Below are positions 1-11,200 of a stretch of 64,000 nucleotides of DNA, piece after piece. Made by a program: the position numbers and the translations under genes. The stretch is from Chiloscyllium plagiosum (Eukaryota): positions 45,119,946-45,183,945 of the forward strand of contig NC_057739.1 in NCBI RefSeq assembly GCF_004010195.1, read 5' to 3'. Position 1 is the first letter of the stretch; every line of letters begins with the position of its first letter. The notes beneath the pieces are model-generated. The model saw only the letters and a program-made list of their open reading frames with translations. It was not told the origin of the DNA and made no database searches.

Positions 1-125
1 GTGTGAGAGAGAGAGAGAGATTGGTGTGAGAGAGAGATTGGTGTGAGAGAGAGATAGAGAATGGTGTGAGAGAGAGAACTGTGTGTGAGATAGAGTATGG
101 TGTGTCTATGAGAGAGAGAGAATAT
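1..125. repeat. Compound (GA)n/(GT)n microsatellite
   Basis: Repeated gtgtgagagagagag(attg) blocks. Confidence 0.9.
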
Positions 126-335
126 AGCGTGTATGACAGAGTATGTTGATATGAGAGCTCGAATATGGTGGGCTGAGAGAGTATGGGGGGGGGGTTGTTT
201 GGGAATTACAGTAGCACACGGACATGATCGGGATTTTATTTTCTAAAAGTACATTGTTTCCTTGCCCTCCCACTCCCAGCGACCTGAGGGAACATTGGGT
301 GATGTTTGAAAGTGAAACATTGAAACACAACTATT

Positions 336-341
336 TTTATT
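336..341 (-). terminator. Probable ASB6 polyadenylation signal (AATAAA)
   Basis: Plus-strand TTTATT about 1 kb beyond the ASB6 stop; followed on the minus strand by GU/U-rich ttgtgtttcaatgtttcacttt. Confidence 0.5.
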
Positions 342-1325
342 GTAAATTATAAAATGTAAGTGTAAAAATCAAACGGCATGTTTTTCAGGCTGATCCATCA
401 ACCCTGTTCAGTGAAATATTTTGTTTCTGATACTTTTCCTTGAGGTGGTGAAGGGAATAATGATTCATTGTTTACTGTCCTCACCAGGACCAGGCAAAGG
501 TAAAACCTCCCCATCAGCCTGAGGCTGTATCAATAGCAGAGGAACCCTGACTGATTTACTCTGGGGGTGTCTGTCAGTGTTTACAAGGTCCCAGGGAGTG
601 GAGCCTGTCTGTCATTAGGCTGCCGTGCTCCACCCTGACTGTCCCTATTCCCACACGATCACTGCCTTCTCTCTCCCTGTGCCAATCCCTCGTGGTGAGG
701 GGTGTTTCAGCTTCAAGTCTCAGTGACTGGCAGGAGGCTGTGAGGGCACAGTGTTCCCTCAGCTGAGGCTGCTGAGGCCGGAGAGCTGGTCTCCAGGAGC
801 TGAATGCAGCATCTGTTCACCAGGATCTGAACGGTGCAGAGGGCCTCAGTGTGGTGGGTGAATTTGGAGGAGTCACTGTTCACACAGCAGTACACTCAGG
901 CTGGGGTTGAAGGTCCCCTCCGGGTGCTCACTGTTAGCCAAGACTCACATTCCACTCGGTTGCTGAGAGAGAGGCGCAGGGGCCCAACTGCAGCCAACTC
1001 ACACCCAACCATCCAACCCCCCCCCCGTCACCGCCCCCAACATCCCCCCTCCCTCCCATCCCAGGGACCAACAGCCAGTAGACATCACCCTCACACCTTG
1101 CAGATCAAACCTGCACCATCAGCTCCCACACAGCACAGCAGAAGGCAGGAGTACACACAGGGCAGTCTGGTGTGGGCCTGGTACAGGGCTCACTCAGCAA
1201 AACAGGGATCAGGTTTCAAAGTCCAGCCACTCCTGACCCAGTATTAAAGTCAGTTAAGAAGAAAAGAGTATCTCCAACGTGTGAGTCAGGTCAGGCCTCA
1301 AAGTGTGACAAGGTGCTGTCAGTTG

Positions 1326-2029
1326 TTAGTGCTGCATTACCTCCCGCTCATCCTCCTCCTCCTCCTCCTCCTCTTTGCTGTTTTCAATCAACACAAACCA
1401 CTTGAGGCGGTTGGGCAAGGGTAATGAGTTCACCTTGGCGTGCAGGGGGACAGGTCGCAGGAGTTGGCGGATTTCCACCCTGCACAGGTGCTTCAGTGAG
1501 GCAGGAGAGGCCTGTTGCAGTGCCAGGGGCCTGGCCAGTAACATCACCTGCTCCGCGTAGCGGGAGTAGGCCGAGGGCTTAATCTCCCAGGCCGGAGGGA
1601 GACTGGCCTGGGACACACTCGCCAGCATCAGCTCCAAGGTTCTCTCTGCCCTTCGTAAGGCTTCGGAGTGCGGCAGCACAGACTCGGGGCCATTTAACAA
1701 CACGGCGAGTCTCTCAAAGAGCAGGCTGAAGCCTGACCAGCAGCTGGGGCCGTGCTCAGGACAGTGGCAGGCAGCTCCAGAGTCCAGGAGAAGCTGGATG
1801 AGGGGAATGTGGACCTCAAACTGCCCGATACAGGTGTAGATGAGGGAGTCCTCAGGCTGACAGATATCAGGATCAGCAGAGTGACTCAGGAGGAGCTCCG
1901 TTGTCTGGAGGCAGAAGCGCCTGAGGGTCTCAGTCTCTTCCTGCTCTCGACCTTCTGTCTCCCCCAACAGGAAGATGATAAACGAGAAGATGTTGTCACC
2001 GTCGATCATACTCGCCTTCACATCCGCAC
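1326..2029 (-). CDS. ASB6: ASB6 last coding exon (ankyrin repeats, SOCS box, acidic poly-E tail)
   Basis: Acceptor ttttcag|GT GCG GAT GTG AAG; ORF 1326..2021; TAA stop. Confidence 0.95.
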
Positions 2030-5000
2030 CTGAAAAGGCACCACATGGTCTTCAGGAGAGGGGTTTCACATCCAAATACATTAAAAGGAACATAGTGACC
2101 CTCCGACAGTGCGGCACTCCCTCAGCACTGACCCTCCGACAGTGCGGCACTCCCTCAGCACTGACCCCCCGACAGTGCCCACTCCCTCAGCACTGACCTA
2201 GGGTTTCTCTGTCCCTACACTGCCTGCTGGAAGTACCCCTACCTCCCATGGGTGTAGGGCCTGTCCTGTGTGGAATTGCTATGAGATAATACTGTATTGC
2301 AATTCCAAGATCACCCTGTGCTTTAGCTGCAGGATCACTGGGAGATTGATGTGAACTGGAATTATAAGGTCGGCAAATTTTAAACATTTGTATCCAAATT
2401 TGTGTCCTACTCCCTCACTGTCACCGTTACCTAAAGAAACAGTAACTGGCATTTCGTGAGAGTCAGGACATTGCAGTGATCTGCACATTCAATCACACTT
2501 TTCTACAGCTTCATCCTACACTTTAGACAACAAAGGTGAAAGGTGACCAGGATGTGGAGCATGTGTTCTGTTAGCATACCCCTTTCGAGAAGCAGCTTGA
2601 TGTTGGCGGTGTTGAGCACCTGAACCCCATCGCTGCTGGCCAGAGCGTGCAGTAATGCGGATTTCCCTGTGACAGAGAGAGAGAGAGAGACACAGAGAGA
2701 AAGGGAGTTGAGAGGTTGACTCTGACACTGGTGGCAGGTGAGGTTACACACAGAGGAATAACGAGAGGATACACACCAGTCTTGTCAAGCCCATTGATAT
2801 TCGCACCGAGGTCCAGGAGACGGTGCAGACACGGTAAGCGCTCGACCTCTTCACTCGCCAGGTCTAATGGGCTGCTACTGTGAACCTGTACCAGACCAAA
2901 CCGACACGGTCAGATTGTCAGCTTGCACTTTGACATCATCGTTTACACGTTGTGTCCCTCCCCAGGCATTCGACAACCAGTGGGAAACAACAGCAATACC
3001 ATCCCTGCCACTACACGTACTGTCCTCACAGCCCCGTGTACCGCCCCCGCGTTCCGACCCCGTGTACTGACCCCATGTACCTTCCCCACGGCCCCGCGTA
3101 CTGACCCCATGTACCGACCGCGCGTACCGGCCGCGTGTACCGTCCCTGTGTACTGACCCCATGTACTGTGCCCACGGCCCCGCGTACTGACCCCGTGTAC
3201 CGTCCACATGTCCCACGTACTGACCACGTGTACCATTCCCGTGTACTGACCATGTGTACCGTCCCCACGTCCCGCGTACTGACCCCGCGTACTGACACCG
3301 CGTACCAGCCCCGTGTACCGTCCCCACGTACCGACCCCGTGTACCTTCCCCATGTACTGACCCCGTGTACCGTTCCCACGTACTGACCCCGCGTACCGTC
3401 CCCACGTACTGACCCCGTGTACCGTCCCCACGTACTGACCCCGTGTACCGTCCCCACGTACTGACCCCGTGTACCGTCCCCACGTACTGACCCCGTGTAC
3501 CGTCCCCACGTACTGACCCCGTGTACCGTCCCCACGTACTGACCCCGTGTACCGTCCCCACGTACTGACCCCGTGTACCGTCCCCACGTACTGACCCCGT
3601 GTACCGTCCCCACGTACTGACCCCGTGTACCGTCCCCACGTACTGACCCCGTGTACCGTCCCCACGTACTGACCCCGTGTACCGTCCCCACGTACTGACC
3701 CCGTGTACCGTCCCCACGTACTGACCCCGTGTACCGTCCCCACGTACTGACCCCGTGTACCGTCCCCACGTACTGACCCCGTGTACCGTCCCCACGTACT
3801 GACCCCGTGTACCGTCCCCACGTACTGACCCCGTGTACCGTCCCCACGTACAGACCCCGTGTACCGTCCCCACGGCCCCGCGTACTGACCCCGTGTACCG
3901 TTCCCGCGCACTGACCCCGTTGACCGTCCCCGCGTACTGACCCCATGTACCGGCCCCATGTCTCGACCCCGTGTAGCAAACTTGACGATGTTGACGTTAT
4001 AATCAGCACAAAGGAACACCCTGACATTCAATGGGGTTCCCGTCACTGAATCCCCGACTATCAACATCCATTCACCAGAAACTCAACTGGACTCACCACA
4101 TAAACACAGTGGCTACAAGAACAGGTCAGACACTAGGAATACTGCAGCAAGTAACTCCCTCCTGACTCCCCAAAGCCTGTCCACCATCCACAAGGCACAA
4201 GTCAGGAGTGTGATGGAATACTCCCCACTTGCCTGGATGGGGTCAGCTCCAACAACGCTCAAGAAGCTCGACACCATCCAGGACAAACAGCCAGCTGGAT
4301 ATTGAGATGCACTATAGAAATTCACCAAAGGCTCCCCCAGACATCACCTTCCAAACCCACATGGACTTCCATCTCCTGCGAATGTGGAAGGAATTGCTGC
4401 AATTTTAAAAACAAGTTCCCAGAATGCATCGAGAGTTGTTGCTTTGTGAACCCTGGGGCAAGAGGAGGGAAGACACCACAGCATCGGGGCGGGGGGGGGC
4501 AGGCTGAGGTTCAGGGCATCGGGAACAGTTGTGAATGTCAAAGGTCATGAGCCTGATGAGCACTCTCAGATTGCTCCCTGGGTGTGTGGGGGCTGACAGG
4601 TGTTGGGCTGGAAGGGTTTCCAGACAGAAAGAGGCAGGGTCTGTCTCCATCTCTCTCTCTCTCTGCGGCAAACTAACTCAAGCCCAAGGGCAGTCAGTTA
4701 CTCCCCCATCGCCTGGTGTTTGTGAGCTCTGACCCGTGACAGTGAGCTGGAACATTAATGTGCATGGCACCTGTCTTCAGCAAGGATCTGACAATCAGAA
4801 AGACTTCAGAGAACGGAAAGTCCTGTGAAGAAAAAGGAGCATCTTGCTGAAGCCTGCAATCTGGTGCTCGTGAACCGTGTTTCCCTGATTTTATTTTCTC
4901 ATACGTAACACCATTCCTTGTGTTTGTGGTGATCCGTATGTGTATCGGGGCCTGCAGTTCAAACAAATACAGCCATATAATTCACAGCTGTTTATTTGTG

Positions 5001-8000
5001 ATTCAAATGATGAGTCTGTGATAAATAATCATTCGGGTGAAGTGCAGGAACCAGCTCAGTGTTTTTGGTGGATCTGATTCCACCAGACCGGTAAGTTGGT
5101 AACTCGGATTAAAGCTTGCAGCAACGCCGGGAGTTCTGGGGTTTGAGAATCAGTGCACGCTCTCAAGTGGGGCCTTACACTGTTTCCAGCTCAGACAGGA
5201 GCTGCACTCGCTCAGTGCAGGAACTGCCTGCCAGACATGTGCGCACAGACAGACAGGTGCACAGACAGACAGGCAGACAGGCGCACAGACAGGCAGACAG
5301 GCGCACAGGCAGGCAGACAGGCGCACAGGCAGGCAGGCCCACAGACAGGCAGACAGGCGCACAGGCAGGCAGACAGGCGCACAGGCGCACAGACAGGCAG
5401 ACAGGCGCACAGACAGGCAGACAGACGCACAGGCAGGCAGACAGGCGCACAGGCAGGCAGGCCCACAGGCAGGCAGGCCCACAGGCAGGCAGGCAGACAC
5501 ACAGGCAGACACACAGGCAGACACACAGGCAGGCGTCTCTACATGGAATAAGTGATATTAGTGTAACACGGGACAGCTCCCAATGCCTTTCTTACTCGGT
5601 CCCTCTTGTTGATGTCTGCTCCATGCCGGACCAATAGCTCCACCACATCAGGCTGGTTATGGAGGACTGCTACGTGCAGAGGCGTGTAGTATGTGACAGG
5701 ATCTATGGGAAAAGACAAAGGTCAGTCAGACCACAGCCAGAGGGACCCAGCAACAGGCAGAACCAGGTTCACCCTGCACACCAGCAAACTAAATCCAATG
5801 ACAGGGTAGGCTTCACTTCAGGTGTGATTGGACAGTCTGGGACATTTTTGAGAGGCTGAGGGGAGACCTGGCAGGGGTTTTTAATACAACAAAGGAATTC
5901 ATTTGGGTAAATATCCCAAAAATCTTTCCAGTTGTGGCTGCGACCAGAATCAGGGATTGATCAGTCAGTCCCGAATATACAAGCAGGGGAACTCAGCAGA
6001 ATCACCTTTACCCAGAGATTAAGGAGAATGTGGACCTTGCGACCACAGGGAACAGCAGCATTAACATATTGAAAGGTGACATGAGAGAAGCACAAGAGGG
6101 AGAAAAGAATGAGAGGCACAGGGTGACGGTTGGGAGGAGGTTTGTGTACAGTGGAAATACCAGCAGGCAGCCGAAGGGGTGAATGGCCTGTTCTGTGCTG
6201 ACTGATGGAGACGTCGAGACCAACCCACTCTGTCAGAGGACACAAACCTTCAAAACTGACGTCAGCTCCATGCAGCAGCAGCTGCTCAGCAGCAGACAGG
6301 AGACCAGCCTCAGACACTTTGAGCAGGGAGGAACTGACAGCTTCCTGGTAGAAGGCCGATCCCGACTCTCTCTCCAACAATTCCAGCAAAGTGACCATCC
6401 CTGCTCCAGGCTCACGGTCCACACTGCAACACAACCAGAGAAATCTAAAACACAACAATCACCCAAAACTCAACCAACAAAAACCCCTGCAGTCCCTCTC
6501 AGGTCACACTCTCAAGCTCAGACCAACTCCTGCCAACAATCAGGAGGCCATTCAGCCCCTAAGACCTGAGGCAGCATTTCCTCACCTCCCTCAGCACTGA
6601 CCCTCTGACAGGGCCCACTCCCTCAGCACTGACCCTCCGACAGTGCGGCACCCCCTCAGCACTGACCCTCCCACAGTGGGACACTCCCTCAGCACTGACC
6701 TCCGACAGTGGGGCTGTATCACTGGATGACCATGTGAACTATGGGCAAACGGGTAGTTCTTAGACTGACGTGGACAGGATGGGTTTCAGTTCTCTGGGCC
6801 ATTGGTGGCAGTATGGAGGGCGGAAGGGGTCACCGGTCTATGGGAGGGGCTTCACTTGTCTCTTGTTGGATGCAGTTTCCTGACGAAGTGATTAACTGGG
6901 GCTTTAACNNNNNNNNNNNNNNNNNNNNNNNNNNNNNNNNNNNNNNNNNNNNNNNNNNNNNNNNNNNNNNNNNNNNNNNNNNNNNNNNNNNNNNNNNNNN
7001 NNNNNNNNNNNNNNNNNNNNNNNNNNNNNNNNNNNNNNNNNNNNNNNNNNNNNNNNNNNNNNNNNNNNNNNNNNNNNNNNNNNNNNGGGGGAGGGTGGTA
7101 GTGGTGTTCGGGGGGGGGGGGGGGTGGGGAAACGTAATGTTACAATGCTGTGGGATCGGACAGTAGGACAAAGCAGGTCATTACAGTCAGAGTGAGACAG
7201 GAAGGAGTGAAGTACACCCAACGTGGAAAAGCAGCAGTAAAGAGGATGAATGGAGAGGAAGAAATGAAAACTCACTGCAAAAATAATGGCTCTTTACTTA
7301 AATGCCTGCAGTCGTCTGAAAACAAGTTCACTTAATTCCCAGCACAAATCGAGGGTATGATTTTATCGCCATTACAGAGACTTGTTTACAGGGAGATCAA
7401 AGCTGTGAATGGAACATTCAGGGTAAAGGTCGGCAGGAAGAGAATGCTGGGTAGTTCAGTTAGTATCAACGTCTCAGTACAACAGCAAGAAACCAGCCCA
7501 ACCCGGCAGCTGCAGGATCTATTTGGTGCACATAAGAAATCTCAAATGGAAGGAGATATTGGTGGGAGTTGTTCCTCTGATAATAGCGGGAATGTTAAAT
7601 AGAAAATAAGCCAGAAGATAATGAGAGGATGGGAAAAGGCTGTACGTTAATCGGGGGAGAGCTGAATCTTCATGCAGTTTGCCTGGGGTAGCCATGAGGA
7701 ATTCTTCACAAAGTGCATTCGGGACGGGTTGCTGCAACAATATACTGTGGGTCTGATCAGGGATCAGGGGATCATGGATCTGGTGGATACGAGACTGGGC
7801 AAGGAGCTCACCAGTAAAGATAGTTTATAAATAATAGCTGATTTTATAGTTCAAGACTCACAACAAAGATGTATTGTAGAAAGGAAGGAGGAATCTAGGA
7901 AGGGGACAAACCAACCAGAGCAAAGCGAGGAAGTGAAGGGTCACATTAAATTCCAAGAAAACTACAAACATGACCAAGGGTCAGCTTCAAACTGGACAAA

Positions 8001-9839
8001 GTGATGACCAAAAGAAAATAAAGAGGAAGAAAATATATTAGGAGGTTAAAGTGGCGAGCAAATTAAAAATGGATTTTCTGAAGATGTCTGATAGGGGATT
8101 TTAACTTTCCAAACATAGACTGGGACTGCCATACTGCTAAGGCTTTAGATGGAGAGGAATTTGTTAAGTGTGTATGAGAAACTTTTCGGATTCAGTATGT
8201 GGATGTACCTACTAGAGAAGGTGCAAAACCTGACCTCCTCTTGGGGAAATAAGGCAGGGCAGGTGACTGAGGTGTCAGTGGGGGAGCACTTTGGGGCCAG
8301 TGACCATAATTCTATTAGATTTAAAATAGTGATGGAAAAGGATAGACCAGATCTAAAAGTTGAAGTTCTAAATTGGAGAAAGGCCAATTTTGACAGTATT
8401 AGGCAAGAACTTTCAAAAGCTGATTGGGGGCAGATGTTCNNNNNNNNNNNNNNNNNNNNNNNNNNNNNNNNNNNNNNNNNNNNNNNNNNNNNNNNNNNNN
8501 NNNNNNNNNNNNNNNNNNNNNNNNNNNNNNNNNNNNNNNNNNNNNNNNNNNNNNNNNNNNNNNNNNNNNNNNNNNNNNNNNNNNNNNNNNNNNNNNNNNN
8601 NNNNNNNNNNNNNNNNNNNNNNNNNNNNNNNNNNNNNNNNNNNNNNNNNNNNNNNNNNNNNNNNNNNNNNNNNNNNNNNNNNNNNNNNNNNNNNNNNNNN
8701 NNNNNNNNNNNNNNNNNNNNNNNNNNNNNNNNNNNNNNNNNNNNNNNNNNNNNNNNNNNNNNNNNNNNNNNNNNNNNNNNNNNNNNNNNNNNNNNNNNNN
8801 NNNNNNNNNNNNNNNNNNNNNNNNNNNNNNNNNNNNNNNNNNNNNNNNNNNNNNNNNNNNNNNNNNNNNNNNNNNNNNNNNNNNNNNNNNNNNNNNNNNN
8901 NNNNNNNNNNNNNNNNNNNNNNNNNNNNNNNNNNNNNNNNNNNNNNNNNNNNNNNNNNNNNNNNNNNNNNNNNNNNNNNNNNNNNNNNNNNNNNNNNNNN
9001 NNNNNNNNNNNNNNNNNNNNNNNNNNNNNNNNNNNNNNNNNNNNNNNNNNNNNNNNNNNNNNNNNNNNNNNNNNNNNNNNNNNNNNNNNNNNNNNNNNNN
9101 NNNNNNNNNNNNNNNNNNNNNNNNNNNNGGATGTGTATATGAATAGGAAGGGTTTGGAGGGATATGGGCTGGGTGCTGGCAGATGGGACTAGATTGGGTT
9201 GGGATATCTGGTCAGCATGGACGGGTTGGACCGAAGGGTCTGTTTCCGTGCTGTACATCTCTATGACTCTTTAAAACAGGGAGGTTATAGTAAAACTATA
9301 CAAGGTATTAGTCAGACCACACCTGGAATACTGTGAACAATTTTGGTCACCTTATCTAATAAAAAATATACAGTTATTGGAGCCAGTCCAGAGAAGGTTC
9401 ACTCAGCTGATCCCGGGGATGAGCAGAGATTGAGTAGGGGACTGGCTGGTATTCGGTGGAGTATAGGTGAATGACAGGGGACCTCGCTGAAATGTACAAG
9501 ATGTTTCGGGAACTTGATGGGGAGATGCGAGAGGGTGACTCTCCTGATGGGAGAGTCTCGGACCAGACAGCATTGTCTCTGAATAAAGGATTGCCCATTT
9601 AAGACAGAGATTAGGAGGAATTCCGTCTCTCAGAGGGGAGTGAGTCGGTGGAATTCTTTCCTGCAGACAGCTGCCGAGAGTAGCTCATAGAGATCCCCCA
9701 CAGTTCCTCAAATTCACCTTCCTGGGTTCCCACTGGCTGCCTCGCTTCTCACTTCCTCTAACTCTGCAACCTTGAGGATTTCATCGACCAACGGCTGGTA
9801 CTCGAAGATAATGCGCCGGAATCCGTGCAGATACGGCAT
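1326..9839 (-). CDS. ASB6: Ankyrin repeat and SOCS box protein 6, complete CDS in 6 exons (9839-9718, 6423-6248, 5702-5596, 2885-2777, 2666-2580, 2029-1326); 1305 nt, 434 aa
   Basis: N-terminus [22 protein letters not shown], ankyrin motifs [24 protein letters not shown] and [16 protein letters not shown], and SOCS box [26 protein letters not shown] all match vertebrate ASB6. All introns are GT-AG with consistent phases. Confidence 0.96.
2095..2198. repeat. 32-33-bp minisatellite (CACTCCCTCAGCACTGACCCTCCGACAGTGCGG), about 3 copies
   Basis: Direct tandem copies; same unit at 6585, 21000 and 22123. Confidence 0.9.
2580..2666 (-). CDS. ASB6: ASB6 coding exon 5
   Basis: [30 protein letters not shown]; tcacag| ... 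|gtatgc. Confidence 0.95.
2777..2885 (-). CDS. ASB6: ASB6 coding exon 4
   Basis: [36 protein letters not shown]; tacag| ... |gtgtgt. Confidence 0.95.
3030..3975. repeat. 26-bp CpG-rich minisatellite (CGTACTGACCCCGTGTACCGTCCCCA)n in ASB6 intron 3
   Basis: Essentially perfect copies from about 3400 to 3850, degenerate at both flanks. Confidence 0.97.
4020..4365 (+). mobile_element. Non-LTR retrotransposon (CR1/L2 group) fragment, RT C-terminal region
   Basis: Encodes [42 protein letters not shown]-like peptide; a reverse copy is at about 49040-49560. Confidence 0.75.
5240..5535. repeat. (CAGG/CAGA)-based compound satellite (ACAGGCAGACAGGCGC)n
   Basis: Tandem acaggcagacaggcgc variants. Confidence 0.92.
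5596..5702 (-). CDS. ASB6: ASB6 coding exon 3
   Basis: [36 protein letters not shown]; catag| ... |gtaaga. Confidence 0.95.
6248..6423 (-). CDS. ASB6: ASB6 coding exon 2
   Basis: [41 protein letters not shown]; ttgcag| ... |gtttgt. Confidence 0.93.
6585..6712. repeat. 32-33-bp minisatellite, about 4 copies
   Basis: ccctcagcactgaccctccgacagtg repeats. Confidence 0.9.
6909..7086. other. Assembly gap (178 N)
   Basis: N run. Confidence 1.
8095..9270 (+). mobile_element. CR1-type LINE spanning a 689-N gap (endonuclease region through 3' tail)
   Basis: [10 protein letters not shown] and [17 protein letters not shown] motifs before the gap; CR1 3' end (..ccgaagggtctgtttccgtgctgtacatctctatgactct) after it. 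Confidence 0.85.
9275..9670 (+). mobile_element. Degenerate CR1 LINE 3' fragment
   Basis: [30 protein letters not shown] peptide. Confidence 0.8.
9718..9839 (-). CDS. ASB6: ASB6 first coding exon
   Basis: ATG at 9839; [23 protein letters not shown]; donor AG|gtgaat; upstream acceptor cttcacag| at 9880 implies a further 5'UTR exon. Confidence 0.93.
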
Positions 9840-9846
9840 GTCTCCC

Positions 9847-9876
9847 TCAATCAGCAGTTGTTGTCATAAAGCACAT
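9847..9876 (-). promoter_or_regulatory. 9-codon upstream ORF (MCFMTTTAD*) in the ASB6 5'UTR
   Basis: acc ATG TGC TTT ATG ACA ACA ACT GCT GAT TGA ends 7 nt before the main ATG and lies inside the predicted exon. Confidence 0.5.
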
Positions 9877-10700
9877 GGTCTGTGAAGCAGGAACACACAG
9901 AGGTGAAGAACTGAGGGCAACTGATACATTAACAGAGCTGTTTACATACAGACTGTCACAGGCAGACCCTCACAAACTCTCTCAACCTTTACAGCACATT
10001 TGTCCCATTCCCTTACACTGGCTGACTGAATGAGGAACTCGCCCAATGGAAGCCCCTGCATATACTTGCTTTCCAGATAAATATCTGATTGGACCTGACT
10101 CCACAAACTTAATGCCTCACTCCCCAGACTGCCCTGAAGTCATAGGGTCACGTGAGAGAGGCAGAAAAAAGAGACGTAAAATCTCATGAATGAGAAGTAA
10201 AAATCAGGCAGCAAACCAAGCCAACAGCCCAGTCTATGACTGCAATGACAAAAGAACAACCTCCTGAAATCGCAGTTTGATTTGGTCCTGGGAATGTGAA
10301 CGCTGGTCCCCTTGATTTGAAGGAGCTTTACAAGTGTCTGACCTACACCTCAATCTCATCAATAAATACTCCCTTTCTGCCCTGTACTCAGCAACCAGAG
10401 ATTAGGACTGAGCTCTGTCAATACATCACAAAGTCAGATTTTTATAAAAGGGAAAACTGCAGAGGAGCAAGGATCAGGTAATGAGAGTGAATTCTTCAGG
10501 ATTTCAAACAATGATCAATAAAGACAGCTCAGATAACAGGCATGGGTAAGATTCACTACAGACCTTAATAGTATTGTGTCATCAACATGTCGACCTATCC
10601 CATGAGCATCTGATGGAGGTAAGACAAAGCCAGCTGAAAGCTTGGGAGATGAACAGAACACCATTTCTCTGAAATCCAGCCCAGTGTAAGAGTCTCCACT

Positions 10701-11200
10701 NNNNNNNNNNNNNNNNNNNNNNNNNNNNNNNNNNNNNNNNNNNNNNNNNNNNNNNNNNNNNNNNNNNNNNNNNNNNNNNNNNNNNNNNNNNNNNNNNNNN
10801 NNNNNNNNNNNNNNNNNNNNNNNNNNNNNNNNNNNNNNNNNNNNNNNNNNNNNNNNNNNNNNNNNNNNNNNNNNNNNNNNNNNNNNNNNNNNNNNNNNNN
10901 NNNNNNNNNNNNNNNNNNNNNNNNNNNNNNNNNNNNNNNNNNNNNNNNNNNNNNNNNNNNNNNNNNNNNNNNNNNNNNNNNNNNNNNNNNNNNNNNNNNN
11001 NNNNNNNNNNNNNNNNNNNNNNNNNNNNNNNNNNNNNNNNNNNNNNNNNNNNNNNNNNNNNNNNNNNNNNNNNNNNNNNNNNNNNNNNNNNNNNNNNNNN
11101 NNNNNNNNNNNNNNNNNNNNNNNNNNNNNNNNNNNNNNNNNNNNNNNNNNNNNNNNNNNNNNNNNNNNNNNNNNNNNNNNNNNNNNNNNNNNNNNNNNNN
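10701..11200. other. Scaffolding gap of exactly 500 N (true size unknown)
   Basis: Round-number N run. Confidence 0.95.

Noticed and set aside
834-1247. 137-aa Pro/His-rich plus-strand ORF
   Set aside because: Antisense to the ASB6 3'UTR, low complexity, no ATG start
2875-4067. Three overlapping 330-370 aa ORFs on the minus strand
   Set aside because: Translations of the 26-bp minisatellite in all three frames, inside an ASB6 intron; no coding evidence
5116-5637. RQTGAQAG / CLPVC repeat ORFs
   Set aside because: Simple-repeat translations on both strands
8149-9258. Long ORFs containing X runs (also at 10582-11296 and 25852-26796)
   Set aside because: Artefacts of reading through N gaps
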